Assembly: GCA_049325495.1 (NCBI GenBank)
Contig: JBMOKV010000522.1
Coordinates: 1-52,719, forward strand
Length of the DNA stretch: 52,719 bases
From: Candidatus Rifleibacteriota bacterium
GTDB taxonomy: Bacteria; Muiribacteriota; Ozemobacteria; Ozemobacterales; Ozemobacteraceae
Direction of reading: 5' to 3'
How positions within the stretch are numbered: the stretch's first letter is position 1; each line of letters starts with the position of its first letter. A program made the translations under genes and the position numbers. The notes under the pieces are model-generated. The model was not told where the DNA came from. It was given only the letters and a program-made list of their open reading frames with translations, and did not search any database. Of this stretch, positions 7,840 to 16,986 are shown piece by piece.

Positions 7840-10720
7840 AAAGATCATCATCCGGCGTCAAATAAGCTGGGGGCTTTTGTTTGTCCTTTGGCTGCTTCTG
7901 TTGGCAATTCCAGCTGTTTTTCTTGATTTTTCTCTTGCATATTTGTTCAAGTTTTCATTTGAAAGAAATTGTTCGGCGAAAAAATCCTGGCTGGTGAATG
8001 AAATAGAATTGTTTCGCCAGAAAATCGATGCGGAAAAATTTTTGCAGAGTAAGCTTATTGAATTTTTCCACAGTCGCGATTTTATGGCAGAAAGTCTCAA
8101 TGCTGCCGAAATCGCCAGAAGTTTTCAAAAAAAATCCGGGATAATTCCCTCGGCGGTTTTTATTAATGATTCTGAATTGAACGATCAGGTGTGTTTTTTT
8201 GTCAAAGAAGAATTTTTTAATAAGATTGGCTTTATTGGCAGATCCTTAACCCGAAAATACATGAATTCCCGTCAACTTCAGGAAAAACTTTTTTCCGACA
8301 CCGAAATTTCCGGTGACGAGCTGGTGTCAAACCGGATCAGGCAACAGATCGATGAAGCTGACCTTTTTTTAATGAAGCAGTTTTCTCTGGTTTCCCCATG
8401 CCCGGTTATGTCTGGGCAGGTTTTCTCATCAGTTTCTGCCAGAGCGAACGATCGCCTGTTTTTCTATTATGGCTCTCTTCCGTCTGTCAATACGGGGATA
8501 ATGATGATCTTTTCAGGGATGGATCTTGACCTTAAGAAAATTTTAAAAGAAAGTTTGATTTCTGACTCTGCGTTTATACAACGATCTTTTGCTTTGAAGA
8601 AAATGATTGCAGATGATCTTGTTCAGCCAGAAGCAGAAAAAATTACCGAGTTCGTGAGCAACGAAAAAGGCATTCAACTTCAGGCACCTTTGCCACAGCC
8701 TTTTTTGTCTTTGTTAATACAGAATTCCGGGTTCTATCCCCATAGAATCGAGCAGTTTCGTCAGTTTTTGCCGATTCTGAAAGTGTCTATTCATTCTGAC
8801 CAGTTACAGCACCCACTGAAAAGATGGCATGGGACTATTAAATCTCTCAGCAAATCAGCGGTTTTGGCGGGGTTGCTTTTTTGTTTTTATTTCGGACTGT
8901 TTGGTTTTTCCTTAAAAGCAGGAGTCAGACAAAAAGCAGTGTTTGGAATCGCGATGATTGCCTGGCTTCCACTTGCCATGATGATGGCATCATACCTGAG
9001 CTGGCGTGAAATTTCCCTGGTGCGCTACGGTTTCGAAACCGATGACCGATTATCGCAAATCGCAAATGATATGGCACTGCGCTTTGATTCTTTTCTTTTG
9101 AAACAGCAGAAAATGACCCGTAAGATTGCAGATAAAATTGAAGAGATTGTCAATTCTGACAAAGATTCTCTTACCGGTTTAATAAACAGAGAAATCTCTT
9201 CTACTTTTGCCAGAGAGGCTTTTTATGATGTCGTTGATCGTGAAGGGGTTTATGTAAAAACCGGCAAAGCTCTGGTAAACCCGGAAGCCGACCGCAGCGA
9301 AAATTTCATGAGACATGCGTTGGCAGTAAGTCTCTTGCAGGCAGTTTCTTATAAAAAACAGTCAAAGATTGAAAAATTTTCCAACTACGAAGACCAGGGC
9401 CTCTTCAGGCCAAATCCAGAATTTATCAACTCTCTGTTGAACAAGAAAACCAGACTTTTTACTTTTAAATCATTCAATTCAAATTATGCCTATACTTTAG
9501 AACCGGTTTCTTCTGCAAAAATAGGAACAGTGAAAAGTTTTATCTGTCTGCGTTTTGAAAAAGACGAGTTGATAAGGCAGTTTATTAAAACTTTTGAAAG
9601 CTTCGAACAAGATGGAATTGAATTGAATTTTGTAAAATATCGTGAAAATATTGGTGTTTTCAGATACGAACCAATGCGTAATTTTTATAGTTTATCTGAA
9701 CTTCAGCCGATTCTTGATCTTGTGCTGACCACAAAAAGATCGCGATTGGTTGATCTTAAAAATTCCCGAAGTCTGATTTTTTTTATTCCTGATTATCCGT
9801 TTTTGATTATCTGTCAGTCTCAGAAAAAAATTGGAGAAAACGACCGGAAAATGGTTTTTCTGGTGATTTTTTACATGACTTTTCTTGTGTTTGTTATTTT
9901 CAGACTTTTCGGCAGTCTTTATGTTACGCCGTTAATGCAACTGTCACAGGTTGCCAGAGATGTGGCAGATGGCAATTATTACAGTTCTGCCAGCATAAAC
10001 ACATTCGATGAATTTTTTCAATTGAATAAAACATTTGATTTAATGATAAAAGGTGTGATTCAGAAAGAAAAACTGTTGCAGTTCGTTTCATCTGATGTTG
10101 CACAGGCCGTAAAAAGCAACGATGATTCATCGCTTTCTCCGGGAGGTGAAAGGGTCGAGGCAACTATTGCTTTTATTACCATCGCTGGTATCGAACAGAT
10201 GCTCGAAAACACTGATTCTGAAAAGCTTCTGGATATTCTTGAAACATTCATTGCTGCAGGAAACAAAATTGCTGCGCAAAATAATGGTGTTCTGGATAAA
10301 GTTATCGAAAATACACTTATGCTGGTATTTCGCGGTATGGCAAATGGGCAATCTGATGCTTTAAGGGCATGCACCTCGGTTTTGCAGATGCAGAAACTCA
10401 TGGCACAAGAAAATATGCCTATTCAGGCGGGTATTGCCAGCGGTTTCGTCGTTTCGGGTAAGATTGGTTCGCGATCAGGCAAACTTGATTTTACCGTTAT
10501 CGGTGACCCGGTAAATCTGGCGGCAAGGCTGAAAGGTCAGGCTTGTAAAGCTTGCCAGACCGGCATTCTGATAAGCGCTTCAGTTATCAGAAAGGCGCGT
10601 GGTATGGTTAAGGTGAATTTTATCGAGCGGGTCAGCCTGAAAGGAAAAACCCGAAAATACCAGCTTTATGAGCTTGTTTCTTTAAGAGTGGCAACGAATT
10701 GCGAGGAGAAACCGTGTTGA
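7829..10720 (+). CDS. Membrane HAMP + class III cyclase, type B1 (substrate/transition-state half)
   Basis: HAMP (PLMQL...DEFFQLNKTFDLM); GGERVEATI, DKVIEN, DFTVIGDPVNLAARLK, LKGK; both metal Asp lost (FITIAG, IENT). ATG 7829 overlaps the A1 stop. Confidence 0.9.
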   Translation: MAVEKIIIRRQISWGLLFVLWLLLLAIPAVFLDFSLAYLFKFSFERNCSAKKSWLVNEIELFRQKIDAEKFLQSKLIEFFHSRDFMAESLNAAEIARSFQKKSGIIPSAVFINDSELNDQVCFFVKEEFFNKIGFIGRSLTRKYMNSRQLQEKLFSDTEISGDELVSNRIRQQIDEADLFLMKQFSLVSPCPVMSGQVFSSVSARANDRLFFYYGSLPSVNTGIMMIFSGMDLDLKKILKESLISDSAFIQRSFALKKMIADDLVQPEAEKITEFVSNEKGIQLQAPLPQPFLSLLIQNSGFYPHRIEQFRQFLPILKVSIHSDQLQHPLKRWHGTIKSLSKSAVLAGLLFCFYFGLFGFSLKAGVRQKAVFGIAMIAWLPLAMMMASYLSWREISLVRYGFETDDRLSQIANDMALRFDSFLLKQQKMTRKIADKIEEIVNSDKDSLTGLINREISSTFAREAFYDVVDREGVYVKTGKALVNPEADRSENFMRHALAVSLLQAVSYKKQSKIEKFSNYEDQGLFRPNPEFINSLLNKKTRLFTFKSFNSNYAYTLEPVSSAKIGTVKSFICLRFEKDELIRQFIKTFESFEQDGIELNFVKYRENIGVFRYEPMRNFYSLSELQPILDLVLTTKRSRLVDLKNSRSLIFFIPDYPFLIICQSQKKIGENDRKMVFLVIFYMTFLVFVIFRLFGSLYVTPLMQLSQVARDVADGNYYSSASINTFDEFFQLNKTFDLMIKGVIQKEKLLQFVSSDVAQAVKSNDDSSLSPGGERVEATIAFITIAGIEQMLENTDSEKLLDILETFIAAGNKIAAQNNGVLDKVIENTLMLVFRGMANGQSDALRACTSVLQMQKLMAQENMPIQAGIASGFVVSGKIGSRSGKLDFTVIGDPVNLAARLKGQACKACQTGILISASVIRKARGMVKVNFIERVSLKGKTRKYQLYELVSLRVATNCEEKPC

Positions 10721-13680
10721 ATTCTGATGTTGCGATGAAAACAAAATTGCAGCCCGGCTCTCAAAATCGTATTTCGAATATTCTTCTAGGCTTAACCCTT
10801 GTTCTTTTAATTTTGCTGCCCGCAAATTTCATTGCAGAGGGTATTGCCGGTGCGGCAAAGCAGAACTTTGAGCGCCAGAAAGTATCTGCTCTGCTTGAAC
10901 TTCAGCATGAGTTGCTGCGCTTTAAACTTGACCTTATACCCAGATACCAGGCTGAAAGTATTATTAGAGATGTGGAAAAAGCCTGCGGTCTTGTACCGCT
11001 GGGGCAGAAGGTGCCTAACTTCGGATCCGGGCAGTTTCCAGACGTTTATAATGATTCGACCCTTGCACAGATGCTGGCAAAATTTAAATTACTGCATGAT
11101 GTTGAACCGGTTTTTCTGCTTACTGCATCAGCTGATCTGGCAAAAATTAAAGCTTTTTACAGTAATGATCTGAAAGACCTGCCGGAAAGTGACAAAAAGT
11201 CGCTTGAAGCAAACGTTGCATGTTGCATTACCGACTTGAGTGCTCTAAAGAGTGTGGTTAACGATCCTTTGGCCGAAGAACGTTTTTCGCAGCTTTTCAA
11301 ATCTGCCAGAGGGTCATACAAAAACCAGTCAGATTCTCTCTATGTCGTGTTGAGAAAGGTATTTTCAGAATTATACTGCAATCCCCGATATCATGGCAGC
11401 ACCTACGAGATTTGTGGCGACCGTTTTGGCAGCCTGCGAATGTTTCTGCATTATAATCGCATGAAAGAAAGGGAAAAATTTTACGGTGGATATTTTGTGG
11501 TATTGGCAAGCAAGGATTTAGAACCGGAAACCCTGATGAAAAAAGCTTTGAGGCCCGCAATTCCTGGTCTGATCAGAGGTTTTGGCGACCAGGCAAAATT
11601 CGACAAGGCCAGTCTTTATCTTGAAAGTTTGACTTCCGGGGAAATTTTCGGCTATTCAAGGCTTTTTAATGAAAATTTTAAGATTCCCGAAAAAATCTTT
11701 GTATCCAGATCTTTGAATGAAGAAATCAAAAGATATAAACAAATTAAAACAAATGTTTCAATGGCAAAAAAAATTGTTCTTTTGATTTCAATTTTTCTTC
11801 TGGCTGCAATAGCTCTCAGGGGTTGGCCAGACCCTGGTCGATTGAAACTCCAGCTTCTTTTGATGATCAGTCTGATAGTTCTGATTCCGTATGTGGTTCT
11901 CGGCTACTTGTCTTTCATGCTTCTTGATGGCATCGACAAACTTAGACCTGAAGAAGCAAGGGCTGAAATTGAAAGACACCTTTATGAACTTGAAAGATAC
12001 TATGAAGACCAGAAACTGCAGCATTTAGCAAGATTGTTTGCCGGAAAACAGCGGCTGATTACTCATATGAGCGATTCGGATAAAAATTTTGATGAGCTTG
12101 ATGCCCACAAAATTGTGGAGTCCGATTTTCATGGCAATTTTTTCTTTTATCGAGATGATGGCTATTCTCGCAAGTTTGCCTCAGGGGTAATACAAAGCAA
12201 ACGTTCTCTTCGGCTCTATGAACAGATTAGCGCAAGTATTCTGTCTAACCTTGGTTTTCTCGACAAAAATTCAGGTAAAGCAAAGAAAGATCTCGAATTT
12301 TCCAGCCTGACCGATGGATTTTTGTCCGAATCAAAACGAGGATTTCTGGAACACGAAATTTTTACCAGAGAAGGTGTTGAGGTCGTTGATTTCAGCAAAG
12401 TTGACGATTTTTCCCGAATTGTTTTCTTTCTGATTCCGCAAAAAAATAAAGTGAATTCAACGGTTAAGGGATTGGTGATTGCGCCGGTAGCCGATATAAA
12501 CACCAACATATATCAGCAGCACAATTTCAAGGATTCCGTTTTTTTCAAGCATACTTTGTTTTCTCAGGCAAACCTTTCATTGGGAATGAGGAGAGGAAAC
12601 GATACTCTAAGTCAGTGGTGGCCTGATAAAATTGGTTCAAGCAGCAATTTGAAGCGATTGCTTGATTTTTCATCAATTACTCATAGTAGTGGTAGTCTGG
12701 TCAAAAATGGTGAGCGCAGTATTGATATAGATAAATGGCTGTTTAAAAAGGGTGAATCAATGGTTTTTGCTGCTCACATTCAAAGCAATTCAAATATTGC
12801 CATTGAACTTTATGCCAGAATCTTTCCGCTGCTGCTGTTTCTTTTTTCACTGATCTCTCTTTTTCTTTTTGCCGACCTGCTGGATTCGCTGTTTATCGCA
12901 CCGGTCTATGGGCTATCTAAAGCTGCCAGACTCATTGGTCTGGGAAATTACCAGGTGCGACTTCAGGTTGCCGGACAGGATGAGCTTGCTGAATTGTCCA
13001 AGTCGTTCAATCAGATGGCTGACAGTCTTGCTCAGCGTGAGAAACTCAGGCGTTTTATTTCTGAGGATCTTTTTCAGCAGATCAAGGTTCAAAAAAGCAA
13101 TTTTGAAGCTCAGAAGCTGACATGTAGAAACCTGACTGTTCTTGCTTCTGACATTCGTGGTTTTACCGCGATTTCAGAAAAATATAATCCAGAAGAGGTC
13201 GTCAGTCTTTTAAATGATTATTTTACTGAAATGGAAGCCGCCATTACTGCATATGGTGGGCATATCGTCAGATTTGTCGGCGATGCAGTAATAGCAGCTT
13301 TTTACCATGACGATCCTGAGATCTCTACCATGAATGCGGTTAAGGCGGCCTTGAAGATGCGAGAAGCCCTGATGGATCTTAATCGGCGGCGCCTGGAACT
13401 TAAGCTTTTTACTATAGAAAATGGAATCGGTATTGCATCTGGCCAGGCTTTTGCCGGCGTTGCCGGTGCTGCACAGGGACGAAAGGTATTCTGTGTTGTC
13501 GGTGACTTGACAATGAGAGCTGAAGAGCTTGAGGCGATGAGCAAAATGTCCAATTTCAACCGAATCCTGTTGTGCGAAAAATCCGCTGAATGTGCCCGCA
13601 ATTCTTTAAAACTGGTCAGGCTTGAAACAAAAAATGATTCAGCGCCAGTTTATGATCTGGTTGGAGCCTGCGATGTCTGA
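10714..13680 (+). CDS. Membrane HAMP + class III cyclase, type A2 (metal-binding half)
   Basis: GTG start with GAGGAG RBS overlapping the B1 stop; HAMP (QDELAELSKSFNQMA); ASDIRGFT, VRFVGDA; degenerate FCVVGDLTMRAEELE; no KGK. Confidence 0.9.
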   Translation: MLNSDVAMKTKLQPGSQNRISNILLGLTLVLLILLPANFIAEGIAGAAKQNFERQKVSALLELQHELLRFKLDLIPRYQAESIIRDVEKACGLVPLGQKVPNFGSGQFPDVYNDSTLAQMLAKFKLLHDVEPVFLLTASADLAKIKAFYSNDLKDLPESDKKSLEANVACCITDLSALKSVVNDPLAEERFSQLFKSARGSYKNQSDSLYVVLRKVFSELYCNPRYHGSTYEICGDRFGSLRMFLHYNRMKEREKFYGGYFVVLASKDLEPETLMKKALRPAIPGLIRGFGDQAKFDKASLYLESLTSGEIFGYSRLFNENFKIPEKIFVSRSLNEEIKRYKQIKTNVSMAKKIVLLISIFLLAAIALRGWPDPGRLKLQLLLMISLIVLIPYVVLGYLSFMLLDGIDKLRPEEARAEIERHLYELERYYEDQKLQHLARLFAGKQRLITHMSDSDKNFDELDAHKIVESDFHGNFFFYRDDGYSRKFASGVIQSKRSLRLYEQISASILSNLGFLDKNSGKAKKDLEFSSLTDGFLSESKRGFLEHEIFTREGVEVVDFSKVDDFSRIVFFLIPQKNKVNSTVKGLVIAPVADINTNIYQQHNFKDSVFFKHTLFSQANLSLGMRRGNDTLSQWWPDKIGSSSNLKRLLDFSSITHSSGSLVKNGERSIDIDKWLFKKGESMVFAAHIQSNSNIAIELYARIFPLLLFLFSLISLFLFADLLDSLFIAPVYGLSKAARLIGLGNYQVRLQVAGQDELAELSKSFNQMADSLAQREKLRRFISEDLFQQIKVQKSNFEAQKLTCRNLTVLASDIRGFTAISEKYNPEEVVSLLNDYFTEMEAAITAYGGHIVRFVGDAVIAAFYHDDPEISTMNAVKAALKMREALMDLNRRRLELKLFTIENGIGIASGQAFAGVAGAAQGRKVFCVVGDLTMRAEELEAMSKMSNFNRILLCEKSAECARNSLKLVRLETKNDSAPVYDLVGACDV

Positions 13681-16543
13681 TAAAACAATCAAAACCAGCG
13701 TTTCAATTTCTGCCGTTACCATTTTTCTGTGCTGGTTGACCGTGTTTCTTTTTCCGGCCGTAACTTTCAGACTATGCCTGGATTGGTTGTTTGACCTTAC
13801 TTACCAGACTGGCTGCCGTGCCGCCCAACGCGAAATGGTAAATGAAATGACCGCCTTCAGAGATCAGGCTCGCACTGTTCCTTCTCTTGAACGCATGTTG
13901 AGAGATTTTTGCAGAGAAAACACTCATACAGCAGATGTTCAGAACCCGGAAAAATTCAGGGAAAGATTGTTAAAAACTTATGGAATACCAGCTGCCTTAT
14001 GTATAACCCATGGAAAAGACTCCGAAGAACTTGAATTCTTTATTCAAAAGGATTTTTCAGACAGGATCAAAGTTTTTCCAAGAAAGCTTACCCAGAAAGC
14101 GCTTTTTGCTTTTAATAATCAACATCAGCATTGCTTTTTTTCAAAGAAAAATGAGGCGGCGACAAAAAGAATATTTGAAAAAGATGGCTCCCAGGAAGTT
14201 TTTCGCTCGGCAAGGTTGTTTCTCAAACAGCATTTTGCTCTGATAGCTGAAATGCCTCTATTGGAAGATCGCGTTATAAAAACCATTTCCGGCAGGTTGG
14301 GAGGCCCGGTCTATTTTTATTATCATGCTTTTCGCGAGAATATAAATGGGAGGCCGGGAATCAGTAATGGTGTTTTGCTGCTGCTGGCAGGTAATCAACT
14401 GAACTATCGCCAGATTCTTGAGAATTCTCTGGTTTCTGAAAATGCCAGAGTAACCAGAAGTTTTGCTCGACTTCCGGTAATCTTGCCTGGACAGTATCGC
14501 AATGACAATTCCATTTTCAGTCATTTCGTAACCGGGCCAGAAGGTTTTACACTCAAGGGAATGTTATCTCAGGAAATGGTAGCTGATTTAATTCAAAGAG
14601 GCACTTTGTTTCCCTTGAAGTTTTCTCAAACTCTCGAAAGAATGCCGGTTCTCGAAGTTACCACAGGCAGAGCTTTAATGCAGCACCCACTAACCCCTTA
14701 TAACCGTCTGATTAATCTGCTGTTACGCCTTTTTGTGGCTGGTGGTGGGATTTTTCTTCTTCACATGTACTTCTTTGGACTGCAGTTTCTGAAAGGCGTG
14801 CGTCAGAAAATTATCATTGGTTTATTCTTTATTCTGCTTCTGCCCGGTAGCCTGGTTTTGGTTGCCATGCTTACCTGGTTCGAATCTGGCCGGCTGGAAT
14901 CAAGGTATTTAACCGAAAATCGGCTGAAAAATATCTCTGAATCATTTCAGCAGAAGTTTCAGGATTATCTTACTTCGGCCCAGTTTGCCACCCTGCAACT
15001 GACAAAAAGAATTGAAGAAAAGGCTGCCAGAATCGGTTCAAAAGAGCTTGAAGCTGAATTGCAGAAATTTCTTGAAAATTCAGATGCGCACATGATTGGC
15101 TGTGATGATCTTGTCTATGGCCCGTTTTACTTATCTACTTCAGAAGCAAAAGGTGTTTTTAAGAATGAAGAAGACATGCTTAAAACCACTTCCCGGACCG
15201 TTCTTAATTCATTCAGACACGATGGCGGGTTCGATATCAATCTTGCCGACGCAGGCAACAGTTTTACCACAGTTCACCCATCATTTATAAATGAAATTTT
15301 GAGTTTTTGGGGAAGACTTGTGGAGTTTGGCCGGTTTTCGACTGGCAACAGGTTTTCAATCGTACCTGTTCTTTTTCCCGGAATGTCTTCACCGCGCGCA
15401 TTTATTATTGCATGCTTTTCTCAGAAAAATCTGATCAGGGGATTTGTCAGAAACAAAATACAGGGTTCCTATGATTTTCCCGGTTTGAAAATATTCTTTT
15501 TTGAAAAACAAGTGGGTGGCCACCGTTTCTTCGATGGTGGCTCAGGTAAAACCGTAACCGATTCTGCCACGGTAAAATCTTTGGATGATGCTTTGAAAGG
15601 CAGCGATATAATTGTGAGTGATTTTTCGGGAGGAATTAGATTTCAGCAGGTTCTGGTCGATTTTCCGGTGATTCTGCAGATTGATGGTCATTTTCCGAGA
15701 ACTGGTTCTGACAGAATCAGTGATTTTGCTTTGCTTGCCACATTGGCAATTTTGTTGTTCTCATTTGCCTGGATATATTTTGGGCGCATTTATCTTGAGC
15801 CGGTTCACGAATTCACCCGGATTACCAGACTGCTGTTTGCCGGAAATTACCAGGTTAGTCCGAATATTTTTTCGGTCGATGAATTTGGTGAACTTAAAAA
15901 AGCATTTGATTCGATGATTGAAGGCATTTATCAGAAGGAAAAAATGTCACAGTTCGTTTCTGCAGAAGTATTGCAGACCATCAATGACGAAAGTTCCGCA
16001 ACCTTTCAACCTGATGGCGAGAGAATCGAGGCAACCATATCATTTGTAAGATTTCCTGCCCTGAATCTGCTCAAAGATCCCGAAAAAATTGCCGAAAAAA
16101 TTGGCCAGATCATTGAACTGGTTGAAAAAGCCGCGGCCAGCCATGGCGGCATAATTGATAAAATTATTGAAGACACGGTAATGCTTGTTTTCAGAAAACC
16201 ATCATCACATGCTGTTTCATGCTGTAATGCATTAATCGAAATCAAGGAAAGGGCTGAGCAGCTTGAAATGAAGATTGAGGCCGGCATTGCAACCGGAGAA
16301 GTGGTAATGGGCCGGATTGGTTCGCGCCTGGGAAAATTGGATTTTACCGTGATCGGCGATGCGGTCAACCTTGCTGCGCGACTGAAAGCGCATGGTAAGA
16401 AAGCGGTCGCCACCGGCATAATCATTGCCCCGTCAACCATCAGAAAAGTTAAAGGTCAGGCCCGGGTCGCTTTTATCGACCGGGTTGAAATAAAAGGTAA
16501 AAGCAGAGCTTTTCAACTTTATGAGCTTGCCGGCTTAAGGTAG
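13673..16543 (+). CDS. Membrane HAMP + class III cyclase, type B2 (substrate/transition-state half)
   Basis: ATG 13673 with GGAG RBS overlapping the A2 stop; HAMP (DEFGELKKAFDSM); FVRFPA (first Asp lost), DKIIED, DFTVIGDAVNLAARLK, IKGK. Confidence 0.9.
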   Translation: MSDKTIKTSVSISAVTIFLCWLTVFLFPAVTFRLCLDWLFDLTYQTGCRAAQREMVNEMTAFRDQARTVPSLERMLRDFCRENTHTADVQNPEKFRERLLKTYGIPAALCITHGKDSEELEFFIQKDFSDRIKVFPRKLTQKALFAFNNQHQHCFFSKKNEAATKRIFEKDGSQEVFRSARLFLKQHFALIAEMPLLEDRVIKTISGRLGGPVYFYYHAFRENINGRPGISNGVLLLLAGNQLNYRQILENSLVSENARVTRSFARLPVILPGQYRNDNSIFSHFVTGPEGFTLKGMLSQEMVADLIQRGTLFPLKFSQTLERMPVLEVTTGRALMQHPLTPYNRLINLLLRLFVAGGGIFLLHMYFFGLQFLKGVRQKIIIGLFFILLLPGSLVLVAMLTWFESGRLESRYLTENRLKNISESFQQKFQDYLTSAQFATLQLTKRIEEKAARIGSKELEAELQKFLENSDAHMIGCDDLVYGPFYLSTSEAKGVFKNEEDMLKTTSRTVLNSFRHDGGFDINLADAGNSFTTVHPSFINEILSFWGRLVEFGRFSTGNRFSIVPVLFPGMSSPRAFIIACFSQKNLIRGFVRNKIQGSYDFPGLKIFFFEKQVGGHRFFDGGSGKTVTDSATVKSLDDALKGSDIIVSDFSGGIRFQQVLVDFPVILQIDGHFPRTGSDRISDFALLATLAILLFSFAWIYFGRIYLEPVHEFTRITRLLFAGNYQVSPNIFSVDEFGELKKAFDSMIEGIYQKEKMSQFVSAEVLQTINDESSATFQPDGERIEATISFVRFPALNLLKDPEKIAEKIGQIIELVEKAAASHGGIIDKIIEDTVMLVFRKPSSHAVSCCNALIEIKERAEQLEMKIEAGIATGEVVMGRIGSRLGKLDFTVIGDAVNLAARLKAHGKKAVATGIIIAPSTIRKVKGQARVAFIDRVEIKGKSRAFQLYELAGLR

Positions 16544-16593
16544 ATTTGTCTTTATCGCTGTTTATTAAAATGCACGAAAGGAATCCTCAGGCT

Positions 16594-16956
16594 ATGGAGA
16601 ATCAGAACGTTCAACAGCCTTCGGAAAATGAAAATTCCTATGGTTTGTTTCTGCCGGTTGAATTCAGTGGTTTCAGGGTATTTTTCTGGTATTCTTTCGT
16701 ATTTTTGATTTTTTCCTTGATGGCATCTGTAGTTTTGAACAGCATAAGACCAGATGGCACTCTGGTAGTGGTTTTTGGTTACCTGAATTCCTTATGTTTT
16801 GGATTTGCCTTCTTGTATGAAAACCGGATTCGCTGGTTCAAGGGAAAGGTTTATTCAGCTCTTTTCATTTTCTGTCTGGTTTTATGGGCGCTTTTTTCAA
16901 TAGTTCTCGCCTTTTTATTCCTGATAAATACCATATTTGTCGGTGGATTGCATTGA
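16594..16956 (+). CDS. Small membrane protein (about 3 TM)
   Basis: Three hydrophobic stretches; immediately downstream of the cyclase cluster; start codon uncertain. Confidence 0.55.
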   Translation: MENQNVQQPSENENSYGLFLPVEFSGFRVFFWYSFVFLIFSLMASVVLNSIRPDGTLVVVFGYLNSLCFGFAFLYENRIRWFKGKVYSALFIFCLVLWALFSIVLAFLFLINTIFVGGLH

Positions 16957-16986
16957 TCATCGCCGACTTGCCAGTTGTTTCAAAAT

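Noticed and set aside
4891-16543. Reading the four cyclases as decaying pseudogenes, or as guanylyl cyclases
   Set aside because: The ORFs are intact, coupled and reciprocally degenerate. B chains carry Lys/Thr (ATP-type) rather than Glu/Cys at the specificity positions.
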